Part shown: in pieces, positions 19,585 to 31,537 of the stretch
How the letters are laid out: each line of letters starts with the position of its first letter
How positions within the stretch are numbered: the stretch's first letter is position 1
Assembly (NCBI GenBank): GCA_023334545.1
Contig: JAADVB010000039.1
Span: forward strand, 1-64,000
Length of the DNA stretch: 64,000 nt
DNA from: Salisapilia sapeloensis CBS 127946
Lineage: Eukaryota > Protista > Oomycota
Direction of reading: 5' to 3'
Notes under the pieces: generated by a model
What the model saw: the letters and a program-made list of their open reading frames with translations, nothing else
The model's database searches: none
Told to the model about the DNA's origin: nothing
Position numbers and translations under genes: made by a program

Positions 19585-22500
19585 TTACTCTACTTGTACT
19601 TGGAATTGCAAGCTCTGACCTACTCGCAAGACGTACAGATCCACTAGATCACCCTTGTCCATCAAAGACAGCTCATATCGAAAGTCCTCCGGCTCAAATG
19701 CATCGTCATTGAAACCCACGACAATATCTCCGACGTGAAGTCCTGCATGCCATGCGGAAGACCCTGGTTGCACTTTGGCTACTCGAGCACCAGCATCGTA
19801 TTCCACAGGCAATTGCTGTTTCTCTTTTTGCGTCAAAAATGCAAAAGTGATTCCTGTGCTTCTGCCTGATACGGGAGGAAGCTTCGGGTTCTCTTCAAAC
19901 TGCTGAAGCTCGCGTTGTTCTAGTATCACTGTCGAAACCAATTTGAGTGCTTTCTCCATCACTGTTTTCTTTTCTCCAGACATTGGTAAAGGAATGAGGA
20001 CGGACGTTATACCCTCATTCGACTCACTCTCATCCTCTCCTTCATTCTCCTCAGACTTTGCAATCGTGACTTCAACGCCATGTCGCGTCGACTTAGCGTG
20101 AAGTACGTCTGCAGCATCAACTTCCCATAGCACTTCAGCTGCTAGGTCTGGCGTAATGTGCTCCGTCGTCAATTCCAATTTCCTCGCTTCGACCTCTGCC
20201 AGGACAATTCGATGCGTCGTTCCGATCAGCAGTCGCTCGGGAGGGACATGAACATGTCCAATGTACTCTTCCATTTCATCCAGAAGCTCATCCATTAACT
20301 GCCTTCTCATCTGTGCCTTCTTTGCTTCTACATTCGAGAATACCATCAAGCATCCATTCTGTTCATGAAAAGCTCGAGGAAGACGCATGCGGACGTTGCG
20401 AGGCTTATCATCAAACACAGTCGCCGTCACAGAAATACCTGCCGTCCACTTTGCTGCTAGGTCAAGCACACCTGCAGCCGGTTTCACAGCGGCACCAAGT
20501 AAACCCTTGCCAACGCCTTCGACAAATCCTGATAGACCGTAGTTGTACGCACCGACCGCCGGAGCTGACACAAGACCCGAAACACCTTCAAAGACACCTT
20601 GACCGAGTCTTTTGTAGCCATAAAGCAGACCATGTCCCAGATGCGAGACGCTTTCCTCTCGACTTTGAGAGTTGCGAGCATTGATGTAGTCCTCATCAAA
20701 CGACAGTGCAGCGACATTCGACGACAAAGACCCAGTGAACTTACTAGCAGCATTAAATGTTCCGTATAACGAGTTCTTGACGAGACTTGCAGTGCCACGA
20801 GACAAGCCAAGGACAAACTCTTGTGGCGAGTGGACCATGCCTGCGATCGGTTCATAAAAAAAGTCATGGACACCGGTACCGAGATTTGCTACTAGTCCGA
20901 GTGGATTACCTAGCACATCTGCTGCGCCAAGTAACGCATATACTTGCCGTAAGCCACTCGTCATGTAATGCTGTCGAACTGCATTGAGCAAAAATGGACG
21001 AGAAGCAAAGGCATGATAGACATGCAAAGCGTTTAGATGCACGGCAGCTTGGTCGATGTTCACCAGTCTCGAACGGAGCAGTAAGAGGACTAGTGGTGGC
21101 AATCCGTTGTTCTCGTCCATCCCATTGCCGTATCCGATCTCACCAATAGTCGTTTGTTGGAAAGTTAAATGCAGACGCACTGGATGCAGCTGCAGTGTCT
21201 CAATAAACACTCGCTGACCGACAGACGTGTCACTTTCAAAGTTTCTTCTACTTGATACAAAGCCAATCGTCTTCATCGAATCTGAAGCGGCATGCAGTTG
21301 CTCCTGCATTGCTTCCTCTAGCTCATTCATCACAGCCGACAAAGCAACAAGAAGGAAGTCATCTAGCTGTACTTGTACAGGCTGTAGCATCGCTGCCAGG
21401 TATTTAATATACTCAATGTCATCACCATAGTCCACGCGTAGGACAGATACATGAAGAGTAGCGTCATCAGCATTGCTTCCCTCTGCATTCTCCGCGAAAC
21501 CGAGTGCTTGACCAGCTGTATGCATCTCGACATTGGATCTGCGAGACGGAATGGGAGTAAAGAGGACAGGAAATGTAGCGTTCTCCAGCTGATTGTCGGC
21601 GTGGAGCTTACCAAGTTTAATCTCTACCTCGTCATAGTCACCGCTGACGTACTTGTAGTTAAGGAAGACGTCCAAAGCAGTCACCAGGACGAGTTCTTCT
21701 GGATAGCTATTGATGATAGATAGCGACAGGATTGGCAGTTCGAACGACAGCGCAAAATGCTCTAGAGATAGACTACCGCCTCCCGCGCGTTGACTGATGG
21801 AAGTCTCTTCGTTGGTCGTGAGCTCGTTCATTTCCAAAACTTGATCGTGGATACGAAGTGTCTTGGTATTTCCATACAGGTACCAATAGACATATACTAG
21901 TCTCGCGTCTTGCGTACGACTTGCTGGAAGCTCAATAGACTGCACTTCTGTCATACTGTCCAATGCAACATCAATGCGTTCGTCACCAGCACCAAAAGAT
22001 ATAGAAATCTCACGCTCGAGTGGATACAAGTAGTAGGCTTCATCCCATCCAAAGCACAAGCTCTCGCCTGGAAATAATCTCTCCATGACACCGCGACAAT
22101 ACTCTAAAGACGACAATTCAGCAGCTTCTCCTTGTGCTCCATCAAACTTTTGCTGGTAATGAATCAACGTATCGTTTGTAGAATTGATGATACGATACAA
22201 TGGATAGCGCACATCCTGTTCACTCGTGAAGACAAGAAAAGCTCGTATTGCACTCTCGGCACGAACTTCTGCTCGTATGACGTACACTTGACCAGAGTAT
22301 CGATTACTGAGCTTCAATGACGTCTCACTAGCGTTCCCAAGAGACAGCTTTCCACTCCATCTCCATCCATCTTCCGCTACGGAGCTAACGAGGTCATTGC
22401 TTTGTAGACCTTTGATACGAATACTAGTATCTGATGGAGCGACGGGTTCAATGAACCAGTGGAAGGGTACAGATGAGCCTGAGTTCACGACTATACTAGC

Positions 22501-25500
22501 GCGCTTAAGACTCTCCATCGACTTCGCTTCAATGATCGTTCTAGACGGTGCGATCATCAGAGGCACGTCTGTATGATTAATGACTTCGTAGCGATCGAAG
22601 AGTGCTAGTTCCATGCATCCACCTTTCTCTGTTTTATGTGCACAGAGGATGACATCGTGCCATTGCTCTCGATTATCATTATGCAACCGAATGAGCTTAC
22701 CGTCCTTTGTAGTTACTACTCGATCTAGTACTAAGCGTCCAGATCCAGAGCCTGGCTCAGAACTATCAGCAAGATGTATGTCGACAACGTCTGAGATCGA
22801 GAAGCTGCGTCTTTCTCCTGGAGATATATTTATCCGCTGCATAGAACTTGTTTTCATACCTTCCCCAAGATACAAGTGCTCATAATCGCTATCGGAATCA
22901 AGCGAGTGGTTCAGATACTGACAGAGACTCGCCACTTGATCTGCCATATACATGCTCTTATGGACGAGATCTTGTGCTGAGACAGGATGAACGTCATTTG
23001 CATCTACCTTGAGCACAATGTCTTTAGATGTTCTGTTCTGGATGATGTATCTCGGCTGGAAGACAAGACGTAGCGTATTGCGTCCAGAGTCTCTGTTCAA
23101 AGCTGTCATGTCAAAGCTTGCGTGTTGACCACTGCTGTCTTTGATACTAATAACGTCTCTAGCCGACTCTTGGATCGAACGAAGAGGATGGAGACGACTC
23201 CAGACGACTCCATCTAAAGACAAAGCAAAGTACGCGACATCATGAGCACCAATATGATGCATGTGAGCACTTGCATCTGAGTCAAGTTTTCCTACATAAG
23301 CAAGATGAAAGTCTCTAGATTCAAAACTCTCTCGCTCTGCAGCATGTGTACAGACAAGAAGATGCATGGCCGTTGGACATCGGTTTTGCATGATCCACAA
23401 CGTGTCGAGATAAATGGTACGAGGGTGAACGTCACTCGTATTGGATGGCGCACTCGACACAGATGATACCAAGAAAGACCAAGCTCTGCAAGTACATGTA
23501 GTATCCCCCTCCATCCTACTTGCGTCACGAAGAACGCCATGACAGTTGCAAGTATCTGCTACTGACAAACAAGAGTACTCGACTCCGGCTTTACCTGCGC
23601 TTTTATCATCCAAGACGCTGCTCCATGCACTCTGGTCCGTGACTCGTATAACAATGGCTGGAGAAGACTGGACGATAGTAAACGGCAGTCCGAATGACCC
23701 ATGAGGTTCTATCGTGCCTAGACATTCTATACTATCATCTATTTCTGTCTGTACACCGACATCAATTCGACATGTCGTGTTATTCTGTAGTTTCACAAGT
23801 GACGATACATCTAGTACTCGATTATCACCAACTTTCATAATGTCTAGCACGACAGGAAACAAGCGTTTGTTTGTCGAAGAGGAGGACAATGTAGACTCTT
23901 TCGACATATCTGAAGCTTGTGAAGAGATAGAAAGTCTGCCTTCGTAATGACTTCGTTTCTGCAGTAAAGAGTAGACGAATGTACCGTTCTCTCTTAGTCG
24001 TATTCCTCTAAGTGGATACCAATTCCTTTCATCCCACTTGAGTGCAATGACCAAATCAGACGGAATGGAGGAAGATGTAAAGGACGATATTTGGAGCGGC
24101 ACTCGTTCTCCAGGAGCTACAAACACATTCAAACTGTCGTTTCCGAGAGAATATGACAACTCGAGACCACTATTGTTCACGAGATGGAAACCCCACGACA
24201 TGCGTGATGCTAGCGGCATCTCTACTCTGCTACAGCTACCGACCAAAAGAGGAAGAAGCTCATGATGTGCTCTTCGGAAGGATCTAATAAGCGATGGAGA
24301 CACATTTATGTTGATGGCACGATCGTTCCGTCCAGCAATGGCACAAGTCACGCTCATACCCTGGCTCGAGCTCTTTTCCAAAGAGCATGTGATTCCAGCA
24401 GGAAAAGGTTCGATAAGTGGCTCCCACGCGCCAAGTTGAGAGTTAAATCCCCAGACACTCACCCCATCATGCTCAACCTGTTCTTGTCCATCGTTCTCTC
24501 CTATTTCACACGCCGCATCGATTTGATATTGCTTAGTACCTGCATCTTCTGCACTAAACTTTACTGTTCCACCACACGAAATGTACGAGCTAAAGACACA
24601 TAGTACAGGAGATAGACTACTTCCGACTTGTCGGATGATAGTGACGTCCACATCCTTCGCTAGGAACTGACACTGCAGACCGTAACCTGTAGAGTTTGAC
24701 GGAGTAGAGATATTTCCTTGCTGGCTTCCAGAATTGAGCATTGTAGGTATCTCGATCGTCCACAAGCCAGCAGAAGGACTTATTGTGCTGTTATTTAATA
24801 GCACATGGAGATCAAACGTGGTAAGAGAAGGGTGAAAGTGATCAAGTGACAAGGTTGTCTTGTAAGCAGTGCTTTCATGCCTGCTAAAGGTGTAACTAGC
24901 GTCGACGTGAAACCCTTTAGCAACAGTCCTTCCATGATTCTTTGTATCTTGTTCTGAAGATACAATGCAAATGCGATCCGAGGAGGGCGTATTGTCATCT
25001 CCAAACGACCAGTTAGATGTCCAGCACAAGTCCATTGCACTTGCTGACAAGCCTATGTGCGTGTACTGTATCCCCTCATTCTTATATTCGAATGAGCACT
25101 GGCCATACGCTACGAGATGCTTGGTCTCTTGCGTATCCGTAGCACTCTTATTAACTGCTCTGTGAGCTTGGTCTCCTGTCATCTCTTCATACTTCTCATA
25201 CTGCAGTATGAAGCAATGGAAATCGGAGACTTGTCCTTTGACAATCATTGGAGTGGATGAGCTTGGCGTGTAGTGAGGTATCTCTGGTGCTGAACGCGAC
25301 CATCGACGATACGCCGGGACAATCATCATAACGACAGGAACCACTTTCATGTGCTCCATGGATATATCAACGTAACGCTGATACCGACGACTACCATCCT
25401 CGGTTGAAAGTATTTCTGTATGAGTATCTAGTCGAAATCCAACGGCATTGGCATCTTCTCTCGATCCTACTTGCATACATTTCGTTGCTTCTTCATTATC

Positions 25501-28500
25501 ACTTACGACGGATACGTTTAAGGCGTGTGCTTTAACTCCTAATTGCGTCTTTCCAGACATGTAACGCAAGTATTCAAAATGAGCATTCGTCATCGGTACT
25601 TTTAACAGCACTTGATCTGTAGTACGCAATCGAATGACCGTGTTTCCACAGTCAATGTGGACTAACATTGCGATGCCATCCGGATCAAATGCATCAAGAG
25701 TCATAGCAGACACATATGCTTTGGACAAGTTCTCTTCATACAGACACAAGAGCAGAGCATACTGCGTAGATGATAAGGTCAGGTCCAATGCTTCTGTCTC
25801 CACTGAACTAGTTCCATCTAACTCTTCCTGCATGTTATGTGGCCATCCAGATGGAAGTCGGCAAACGATTCGGACGTTGGTGGTGTAATACCCATCTCCA
25901 GGTGTCGACACCCAATTCAAACAAACGTCTTGTCGTTTAAAAAGTGACTCTGAGACTCCACCACTAGCGATAGAAATCGCCCGAACGTTTTCAAAGTGGA
26001 GGAGATACTGTTCGGATGCCAAATACAGCGGGTATGCACGAGATGCGATATTCAAGCTACCTACGCTCACCTCCACTCTCCCCGCTTTCTTCTGCTGCTC
26101 ACTTGCAGATCGTAATGTTCCTCTCGGGATAATTATACTTACATTCGCTATCAATCCACTGAGGTTAACTCGAGAAGTCATGGTGGCGCCATCCAAGCTA
26201 TAAACTGCTCTTTGGTCTGCTAGGAATGTCGACAGTCCGATCATATCCTGTTGAACAACAGATAACGCTTGCATCTGAAGCCGATGGTCGTATATCACGT
26301 TGAGTGACGAGCTCTGGATGTCCAAGCGCGTAAGTGAATGTACAGCTCTATCTTCCTTGAGGAAGCGTGACGTTTCGACCATCACCTTGACGTTTGACGT
26401 CGAAGTCATGAGCTCACTGCTAGCATGGTTTCGGTCGTCTGTCTGCTTCTCCACAGCCTCTAGATGGACTCCATCCACGAACTGCAGTTGCGTTTGAGAA
26501 CCAGCCGATAGTGTTAGACTTGTCATGGACAAGTTCGTACCACTCCAGTTCAACGATGCGAGCTGCGTATCTATTTGAGACGGTAATACGCTGATCTGCC
26601 ATCGATCTACTGTAGCCGTAATACGAAATAGCTCTTTACTCTGCTGGGCATCATTCATCGAGTTCGCATCAGTCCAAGAGCATAAAGAAGAGTTTGCACC
26701 ATCGACATTTATCGGAGAAGCCACTTGGAAAGCATTGATCAACTTTTTAAGAAAGTCAATATCCCAATACGCTTTTGCTTGTCTCGATCGCATCGACAAT
26801 CGACTCTGTGCACCACTATAGTAATCTACTTGTATCTTCGGTCCAATCTCAAGCACCTTTTGGACATTTGAGTGAGAGTTTCGTCGGTCGTACGTACTAT
26901 TCGTCCGTACAACTTGAGCATGTTGCTTGTACATGGAAAGCAGCCGCGATTCAGCATGGAGGGTTGTCTCGATTTGATATGACTTGAGCACTATATACGA
27001 TTGAATAGCGTCCAAAACGACTTGATCTGTTCCGGACTGTGCTTTATCTTCCGGTGCTAAATCCAAAATGACGACGAGACGAGGGAAGGTTACGGATAGT
27101 CGAATGAAATCATGATCGTTTGTAGTATCTTGGCTCGTACTATCAGATGAAGGAACTGGATCATCACGTGAAGATTGTGGAGGTGGAACATGTGACTTGA
27201 CTTGCATTTCGTTCCAAATTCGAAGTAGATACTGGCAATGGTCGCAGCTCAGCTCCAGTTTGATCGACGGTAACGAGCTATCTAGCACCCACGTCACGTC
27301 TCCATTCCGATGGTACTTTGGTGCACCAGTGAGTTGGAGTCCAGACACTTCATACACCTTTTCCATCGTCACTCGTAATGCTTCTTCCATCGTTCGTCTA
27401 CTTTTTACCGCCTCTCCTTCTTGATCCCCACCAATAGATAGCTCGAGAGTATCCGTTGATAGTGTCCATCCACTTCGAAACTGATCACTTCGAAGGACAG
27501 TATTCATCCAAACGACTTGAGCCATGGAAGAGCAGTCGGACGTTGCTACGATAAGACGAACACTTGGGAACCAAACTGCGATCCGAACTCGACTTGTACT
27601 GGCCGTCAAATCTGGAAGAGAAGACTTTCGTGACAGATTACGACTGTGTTTCACATTCTTCCGTGGCAACGTCTCTGCCGACTCGACTCGACTAAAGATA
27701 GGAAAGTTATCTACGACACCATCCACCACTGCCTCATTGTATGCGAGTGAGTTATGGTAGAACGTAACAAGTGAGCGCATTAGACTGGCTTCGTATCGAA
27801 GACATAGAGGAGCAAACGTGCAGTCGACGGTGGATTGTTTGTCGGATAGCTCCAGTCGCAAATCGACAAACTGTGGAAGGTTCCTACCACTTTCATCTTT
27901 ACATTTGTCTGCGTGTGATAGAAATAACTGTCTATCATCCATCATCCATCCGTTCTGTAGACCTTGTAGAGACTGTAGCAATACCCAGACATTCAAAGAT
28001 TCCTGCTTTTCAATCCACACCAATGCGAATTCACTTAATTCCAATCGCGCTAATTCATGCAACCGATCGCTTATCCCCTCTTTTTCCTCCAAACGTTCTT
28101 CCAATAACAAAAACGAAGATTGATCTACACTCAGACGGATATCTCGACCTATCGTATCAACTTTTCCCGACTCGTCTGACACCGTTGTTGCAGCATACGA
28201 CTGATGCGACGCCAAGTACAATTCTTCATACAACAAAAGCTTTTCTAATGGATGTAAAGCACCATTCGTCGTCGTTTCAGACGGTACAGAGCTATATGAC
28301 CATCGAGACTTCCACCCAGACACACGTTGCAACGATGCTTCTCGCTGCACTTCCATCTCCCGCTCCTTTTCACTACATCTTCGATAGAAAAGAATTGTAT
28401 CGACACTTAACTCGTCTTCTAATTCCATCAAACGTCGTTGGACGCTCTTCGTCGGTTCATATAAACTACGTTTATACTGTCGAATGTACTCGTTTCGCAT

Positions 28501-29694
28501 TAACCAGAGATGTGCAAATCGTTTCCAAGAACACTTTTTCTTATGCCCGCGAAAGGATGTACCGATCGTCGATACGGAGATACTGCTGGTCGAGGATGAT
28601 CGGAACACTTGGATACCGTAGAAAGCATACCGCCACCATGCTCCTGGGTTATCACGAACAGACTCCTTTGGTCGTTGACGGCGGAGATGCACGACCTTGA
28701 GGTGCGTCTCGTGCTGTGCAATAAAACTCAGAACGCTATTGACAGCTTGGCATTGACGAGCTGTCAAGTGCACACACACGTTGTCTGCGTGTACTTGGAT
28801 CTGTTGACGCGCGACAGATAGTGCCTGGTCCGACGCGGCATTCGTCTGATCCGATAGCGTCGTCGCCTTAATCTGAACGTTCATGGGTTGTAGTATATAA
28901 AACGACTCGGCAACATGCCGATGCCATTCCGTTGCGTACACTGGTGACGATGTAGGCGACGCCACTGGTTCTTCGAATGCTGCAGAGCCACGTGCATCTG
29001 TATCACAATAGATGCCAAAGCCTGAGATCTGGATCGTACGATGTAGAAATGGAGTTGGCGTCGTAGCAGGATCGACGAAGGCTTGATGCCCGTTCGCATT
29101 CGTCGTGTGCATTCGAATCGAGTCGATCGTGACGCCCATCGCGACTTGAGACCTGTTAAACTGATAAAAAGGTTGTGATGCTGGATCAAAGTTGTCTTCT
29201 TCATAACGCAGATGAACTCGATCGATTTCAATAACGACGTTATTCATAACTGCCTGGAGGATACGATCTCGATAGCTCCAGTTATGACTACTTCCTCTTT
29301 TACTCGGACTTGACTCGTGCTTATTCTTTTCTACCAGCTCTTTTAAATGTAATTCCTGTTGTTTTGCCCACGTCTGTCGAGCACGAAAAGCATCATGACC
29401 ATCCTCATTATCATCGCTTAATGGCGCAACTGTTAATTCCAAATCTTCCAACTTGAGCAGCACAGGTTCCGTCGCTAATTTGTTCCAAGGCACTTGTATA
29501 TGCAACCGACCAATACGTCCATGACATAGTTTCACAGGTAAAAAGAATTTATCGAGGACGTCTGAGCGAATACGCACGGATCGAAACTCGAGATGACCTC
29601 GAAACAAGGCTACGCGAGTCTGCTTTGCATCCAGCCCTTCTACCCAAGCTGAGAGATATTCAACAACGATGGATTCGACTAACCTCTCCAGCAT
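19585..29694 (-). CDS. VPS13: VPS13-family bridge-like lipid transfer protein with C-terminal PDZ domain (single exon, 3369 aa)
   Basis: Chorein-N start (MLERLVESIVVEYLSAWVEGLD..LHIQVPWNKL), WWRYA motif, VAB repeats (FQPRYIIQNRT, YRIINST, FGWDE), ATG2_C-like block (DVLGNPLGL..DFFYEP, GAAVKP..GVLD, RMRLPR), terminal PDZ (RVAKVQPGSSAWHAGLHVGDIVV). Confidence 0.95.
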   Translation of the reverse strand: MLERLVESIVVEYLSAWVEGLDAKQTRVALFRGHLEFRSVRIRSDVLDKFFLPVKLCHGRIGRLHIQVPWNKLATEPVLLKLEDLELTVAPLSDDNEDGHDAFRARQTWAKQQELHLKELVEKNKHESSPSKRGSSHNWSYRDRILQAVMNNVVIEIDRVHLRYEEDNFDPASQPFYQFNRSQVAMGVTIDSIRMHTTNANGHQAFVDPATTPTPFLHRTIQISGFGIYCDTDARGSAAFEEPVASPTSSPVYATEWHRHVAESFYILQPMNVQIKATTLSDQTNAASDQALSVARQQIQVHADNVCVHLTARQCQAVNSVLSFIAQHETHLKVVHLRRQRPKESVRDNPGAWWRYAFYGIQVFRSSSTSSISVSTIGTSFRGHKKKCSWKRFAHLWLMRNEYIRQYKRSLYEPTKSVQRRLMELEDELSVDTILFYRRCSEKEREMEVQREASLQRVSGWKSRWSYSSVPSETTTNGALHPLEKLLLYEELYLASHQSYAATTVSDESGKVDTIGRDIRLSVDQSSFLLLEERLEEKEGISDRLHELARLELSEFALVWIEKQESLNVWVLLQSLQGLQNGWMMDDRQLFLSHADKCKDESGRNLPQFVDLRLELSDKQSTVDCTFAPLCLRYEASLMRSLVTFYHNSLAYNEAVVDGVVDNFPIFSRVESAETLPRKNVKHSRNLSRKSSLPDLTASTSRVRIAVWFPSVRLIVATSDCSSMAQVVWMNTVLRSDQFRSGWTLSTDTLELSIGGDQEGEAVKSRRTMEEALRVTMEKVYEVSGLQLTGAPKYHRNGDVTWVLDSSLPSIKLELSCDHCQYLLRIWNEMQVKSHVPPPQSSRDDPVPSSDSTSQDTTNDHDFIRLSVTFPRLVVILDLAPEDKAQSGTDQVVLDAIQSYIVLKSYQIETTLHAESRLLSMYKQHAQVVRTNSTYDRRNSHSNVQKVLEIGPKIQVDYYSGAQSRLSMRSRQAKAYWDIDFLKKLINAFQVASPINVDGANSSLCSWTDANSMNDAQQSKELFRITATVDRWQISVLPSQIDTQLASLNWSGTNLSMTSLTLSAGSQTQLQFVDGVHLEAVEKQTDDRNHASSELMTSTSNVKVMVETSRFLKEDRAVHSLTRLDIQSSSLNVIYDHRLQMQALSVVQQDMIGLSTFLADQRAVYSLDGATMTSRVNLSGLIANVSIIIPRGTLRSASEQQKKAGRVEVSVGSLNIASRAYPLYLASEQYLLHFENVRAISIASGGVSESLFKRQDVCLNWVSTPGDGYYTTNVRIVCRLPSGWPHNMQEELDGTSSVETEALDLTLSSTQYALLLCLYEENLSKAYVSAMTLDAFDPDGIAMLVHIDCGNTVIRLRTTDQVLLKVPMTNAHFEYLRYMSGKTQLGVKAHALNVSVVSDNEEATKCMQVGSREDANAVGFRLDTHTEILSTEDGSRRYQRYVDISMEHMKVVPVVMMIVPAYRRWSRSAPEIPHYTPSSSTPMIVKGQVSDFHCFILQYEKYEEMTGDQAHRAVNKSATDTQETKHLVAYGQCSFEYKNEGIQYTHIGLSASAMDLCWTSNWSFGDDNTPSSDRICIVSSEQDTKNHGRTVAKGFHVDASYTFSRHESTAYKTTLSLDHFHPSLTTFDLHVLLNNSTISPSAGLWTIEIPTMLNSGSQQGNISTPSNSTGYGLQCQFLAKDVDVTIIRQVGSSLSPVLCVFSSYISCGGTVKFSAEDAGTKQYQIDAACEIGENDGQEQVEHDGVSVWGFNSQLGAWEPLIEPFPAGITCSLEKSSSQGMSVTCAIAGRNDRAININVSPSLIRSFRRAHHELLPLLVGSCSRVEMPLASRMSWGFHLVNNSGLELSYSLGNDSLNVFVAPGERVPLQISSFTSSSIPSDLVIALKWDERNWYPLRGIRLRENGTFVYSLLQKRSHYEGRLSISSQASDMSKESTLSSSSTNKRLFPVVLDIMKVGDNRVLDVSSLVKLQNNTTCRIDVGVQTEIDDSIECLGTIEPHGSFGLPFTIVQSSPAIVIRVTDQSAWSSVLDDKSAGKAGVEYSCLSVADTCNCHGVLRDASRMEGDTTCTCRAWSFLVSSVSSAPSNTSDVHPRTIYLDTLWIMQNRCPTAMHLLVCTHAAERESFESRDFHLAYVGKLDSDASAHMHHIGAHDVAYFALSLDGVVWSRLHPLRSIQESARDVISIKDSSGQHASFDMTALNRDSGRNTLRLVFQPRYIIQNRTSKDIVLKVDANDVHPVSAQDLVHKSMYMADQVASLCQYLNHSLDSDSDYEHLYLGEGMKTSSMQRINISPGERRSFSISDVVDIHLADSSEPGSGSGRLVLDRVVTTKDGKLIRLHNDNREQWHDVILCAHKTEKGGCMELALFDRYEVINHTDVPLMIAPSRTIIEAKSMESLKRASIVVNSGSSVPFHWFIEPVAPSDTSIRIKGLQSNDLVSSVAEDGWRWSGKLSLGNASETSLKLSNRYSGQVYVIRAEVRAESAIRAFLVFTSEQDVRYPLYRIINSTNDTLIHYQQKFDGAQGEAAELSSLEYCRGVMERLFPGESLCFGWDEAYYLYPLEREISISFGAGDERIDVALDSMTEVQSIELPASRTQDARLVYVYWYLYGNTKTLRIHDQVLEMNELTTNEETSISQRAGGGSLSLEHFALSFELPILSLSIINSYPEELVLVTALDVFLNYKYVSGDYDEVEIKLGKLHADNQLENATFPVLFTPIPSRRSNVEMHTAGQALGFAENAEGSNADDATLHVSVLRVDYGDDIEYIKYLAAMLQPVQVQLDDFLLVALSAVMNELEEAMQEQLHAASDSMKTIGFVSSRRNFESDTSVGQRVFIETLQLHPVRLHLTFQQTTIGEIGYGNGMDENNGLPPLVLLLLRSRLVNIDQAAVHLNALHVYHAFASRPFLLNAVRQHYMTSGLRQVYALLGAADVLGNPLGLVANLGTGVHDFFYEPIAGMVHSPQEFVLGLSRGTASLVKNSLYGTFNAASKFTGSLSSNVAALSFDEDYINARNSQSREESVSHLGHGLLYGYKRLGQGVFEGVSGLVSAPAVGAYNYGLSGFVEGVGKGLLGAAVKPAAGVLDLAAKWTAGISVTATVFDDKPRNVRMRLPRAFHEQNGCLMVFSNVEAKKAQMRRQLMDELLDEMEEYIGHVHVPPERLLIGTTHRIVLAEVEARKLELTTEHITPDLAAEVLWEVDAADVLHAKSTRHGVEVTIAKSEENEGEDESESNEGITSVLIPLPMSGEKKTVMEKALKLVSTVILEQRELQQFEENPKLPPVSGRSTGITFAFLTQKEKQQLPVEYDAGARVAKVQPGSSAWHAGLHVGDIVVGFNDDAFEPEDFRYELSLMDKGDLVDLYVLRVGQSLQFQVQVE

Positions 29695-30288
29695 TCTCCC
29701 TCAATCACAATGTAATCGGATGAGTCGAATGTGGCGTAAGGAGGTATCGATTGACGAATGCTTCCGCTGGGAGCCGAATATGGTGATGCCTATCAATCCA
29801 CAAAGAACTATGTACACATTCACTTTTGTGGATTTGCACCGGAAGATCCGCATGGTTTTCCTGTTTGGGCTACCAGATTCGAAAGCACATGTAATTAGCA
29901 CTTTAACGTCTTCTATCATCACCATCGTACGTTGAAAAGAATCCCAAGAGCATATACAGTCATCACAGTATTTTTAACCGTTTATAAATGTACATGGAAA
30001 CGTAGACACTGGACAATTTTGTAGCATGGTCCAAGTTACCATTGAATACTAGTGTAAGGAATCGGACGTGCTACTCGTTTCAGGGCACTCATATCAATCA
30101 CAGCTCGAAAACATCAACTAAAGAGTGTGGTGTCTAGCATGGACACCAAGTTCAGGCCAAAGATTGATCAATATAAGTCAACAGCTTCTCTACATCTCCT
30201 TTCCTACCGCGGATAACATGTGAACGATAAGGATAATTGGAAAAGATGACCATCCATTTTTCACTCCGACTTCTCTCCTCAATTCTTC

Positions 30289-31537
30289 CTACTTGCGATA
30301 GCTTTTCACTTTCGAATTCATCTCTTTTCTCTGAGCATGCAGGATGGTCTTCAATTGCACTCCAGCTGAGATAGAACGTTTCCAGTTACGTAAAGTATTC
30401 ACTCGTCCCTTTTGGCTCAATTCATGCACTTCCGCTTTTGCAAGCAATTGATCGATCGCCAGCTCTGACCGCTTGCTCTTCCATGGGACGTAATATAAGT
30501 ATCTTGTATGAAGGAAGGCAGAAAAGCTCTTGAATGTCTTCAGCCACATTTTGTCGACATCATCCGATGAACACTTGTCAAGTCCCTTTAACTCGACTCT
30601 CATCACCTTCCAAGCCTCCTTCTTAGCTTTCTTGCTATGCGCTGCTTCCTTCACAGCATTTTTATGCTCATAGAAATAGCTGATGGCGAGATTAGTTAAA
30701 GTATAAGCACGGGAGTTCATAAGACAACACGTACCTTCCAAACTGCGCGCCTTTGACTTTAGGAATAGGCCATTTGACACGCTTCGCGAAACCGCGGATT
30801 GACATCAGCTGCGACAAGGAAAAGTGGGGTGTTTGTTCTCCGATGGCAATATCGACTACTTGGATTAAACAGCGGCGTACAAGTGTAGTAGCTGCCTTAT
30901 CAATCAAGGAGTCTTGCTCATCCCGCTTTAAAAGTAGAACAAGCGCATCCATGTAGCCTACCAATTCAGAAGCAATCGCCCAATTTGGAATGGCTAGTTT
31001 TGCTTCGTTGGCAGCATCACACTCAATTTCGTCGCTTTGCTTGAATTCTTTAATCAAATCGATTTCATGCGGACGCTCCAATGCTCGAACAAGCAATGTT
31101 GCCGTCTTCATTACGCACTCCAAAATGGCTTGTCGATCCATTTTCCCGTCATTGCTCGCTTGGCTACACGACGCCACTTTAACCCATGCAGTCTCCTCGT
31201 CACTACTTTCTTGCTTGCTGCCTTTATTTTCGACTGGAGCATCTTTATCAAAAGCCTGAACGGAGCTAGATGATAGCTCAGTAGGCGGACGGTTACCGTC
31301 CAGTACACTGAGTTGCGCTAAGCCATTCCTGAAGTACTCCTGGATTTTGACTAAATTCATTGGATCTCCAGCGTCCTTGACTACATCGTCTCCATCATCA
31401 TGAGATGCAGCGCGTTCGTCATCCGCTTTATAACGAAAGTCGAATCTGGATTGTCCGACTTGATCAACCGCATCAGCGATTCGCTTCTTCGCTTTCTCAA
31501 AGTACGCCGCAACGCTCTTCTTCGCTCCTTCGCTCAT
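30289..31537 (-). CDS. Hypothetical helical protein, 397 aa; join(complement 30735..31537, 30289..30679)
   Basis: Two overlapping ORFs are joined in frame by a 55-nt GTACGT..CTAA..CAG intron (30734-30680). No recognisable domain. Confidence 0.7.

Noticed and set aside
27771-28700. 309-aa plus-strand ORF inside VPS13
   Set aside because: Entirely antisense to VPS13, starts at a non-ATG codon and has no domain signature.
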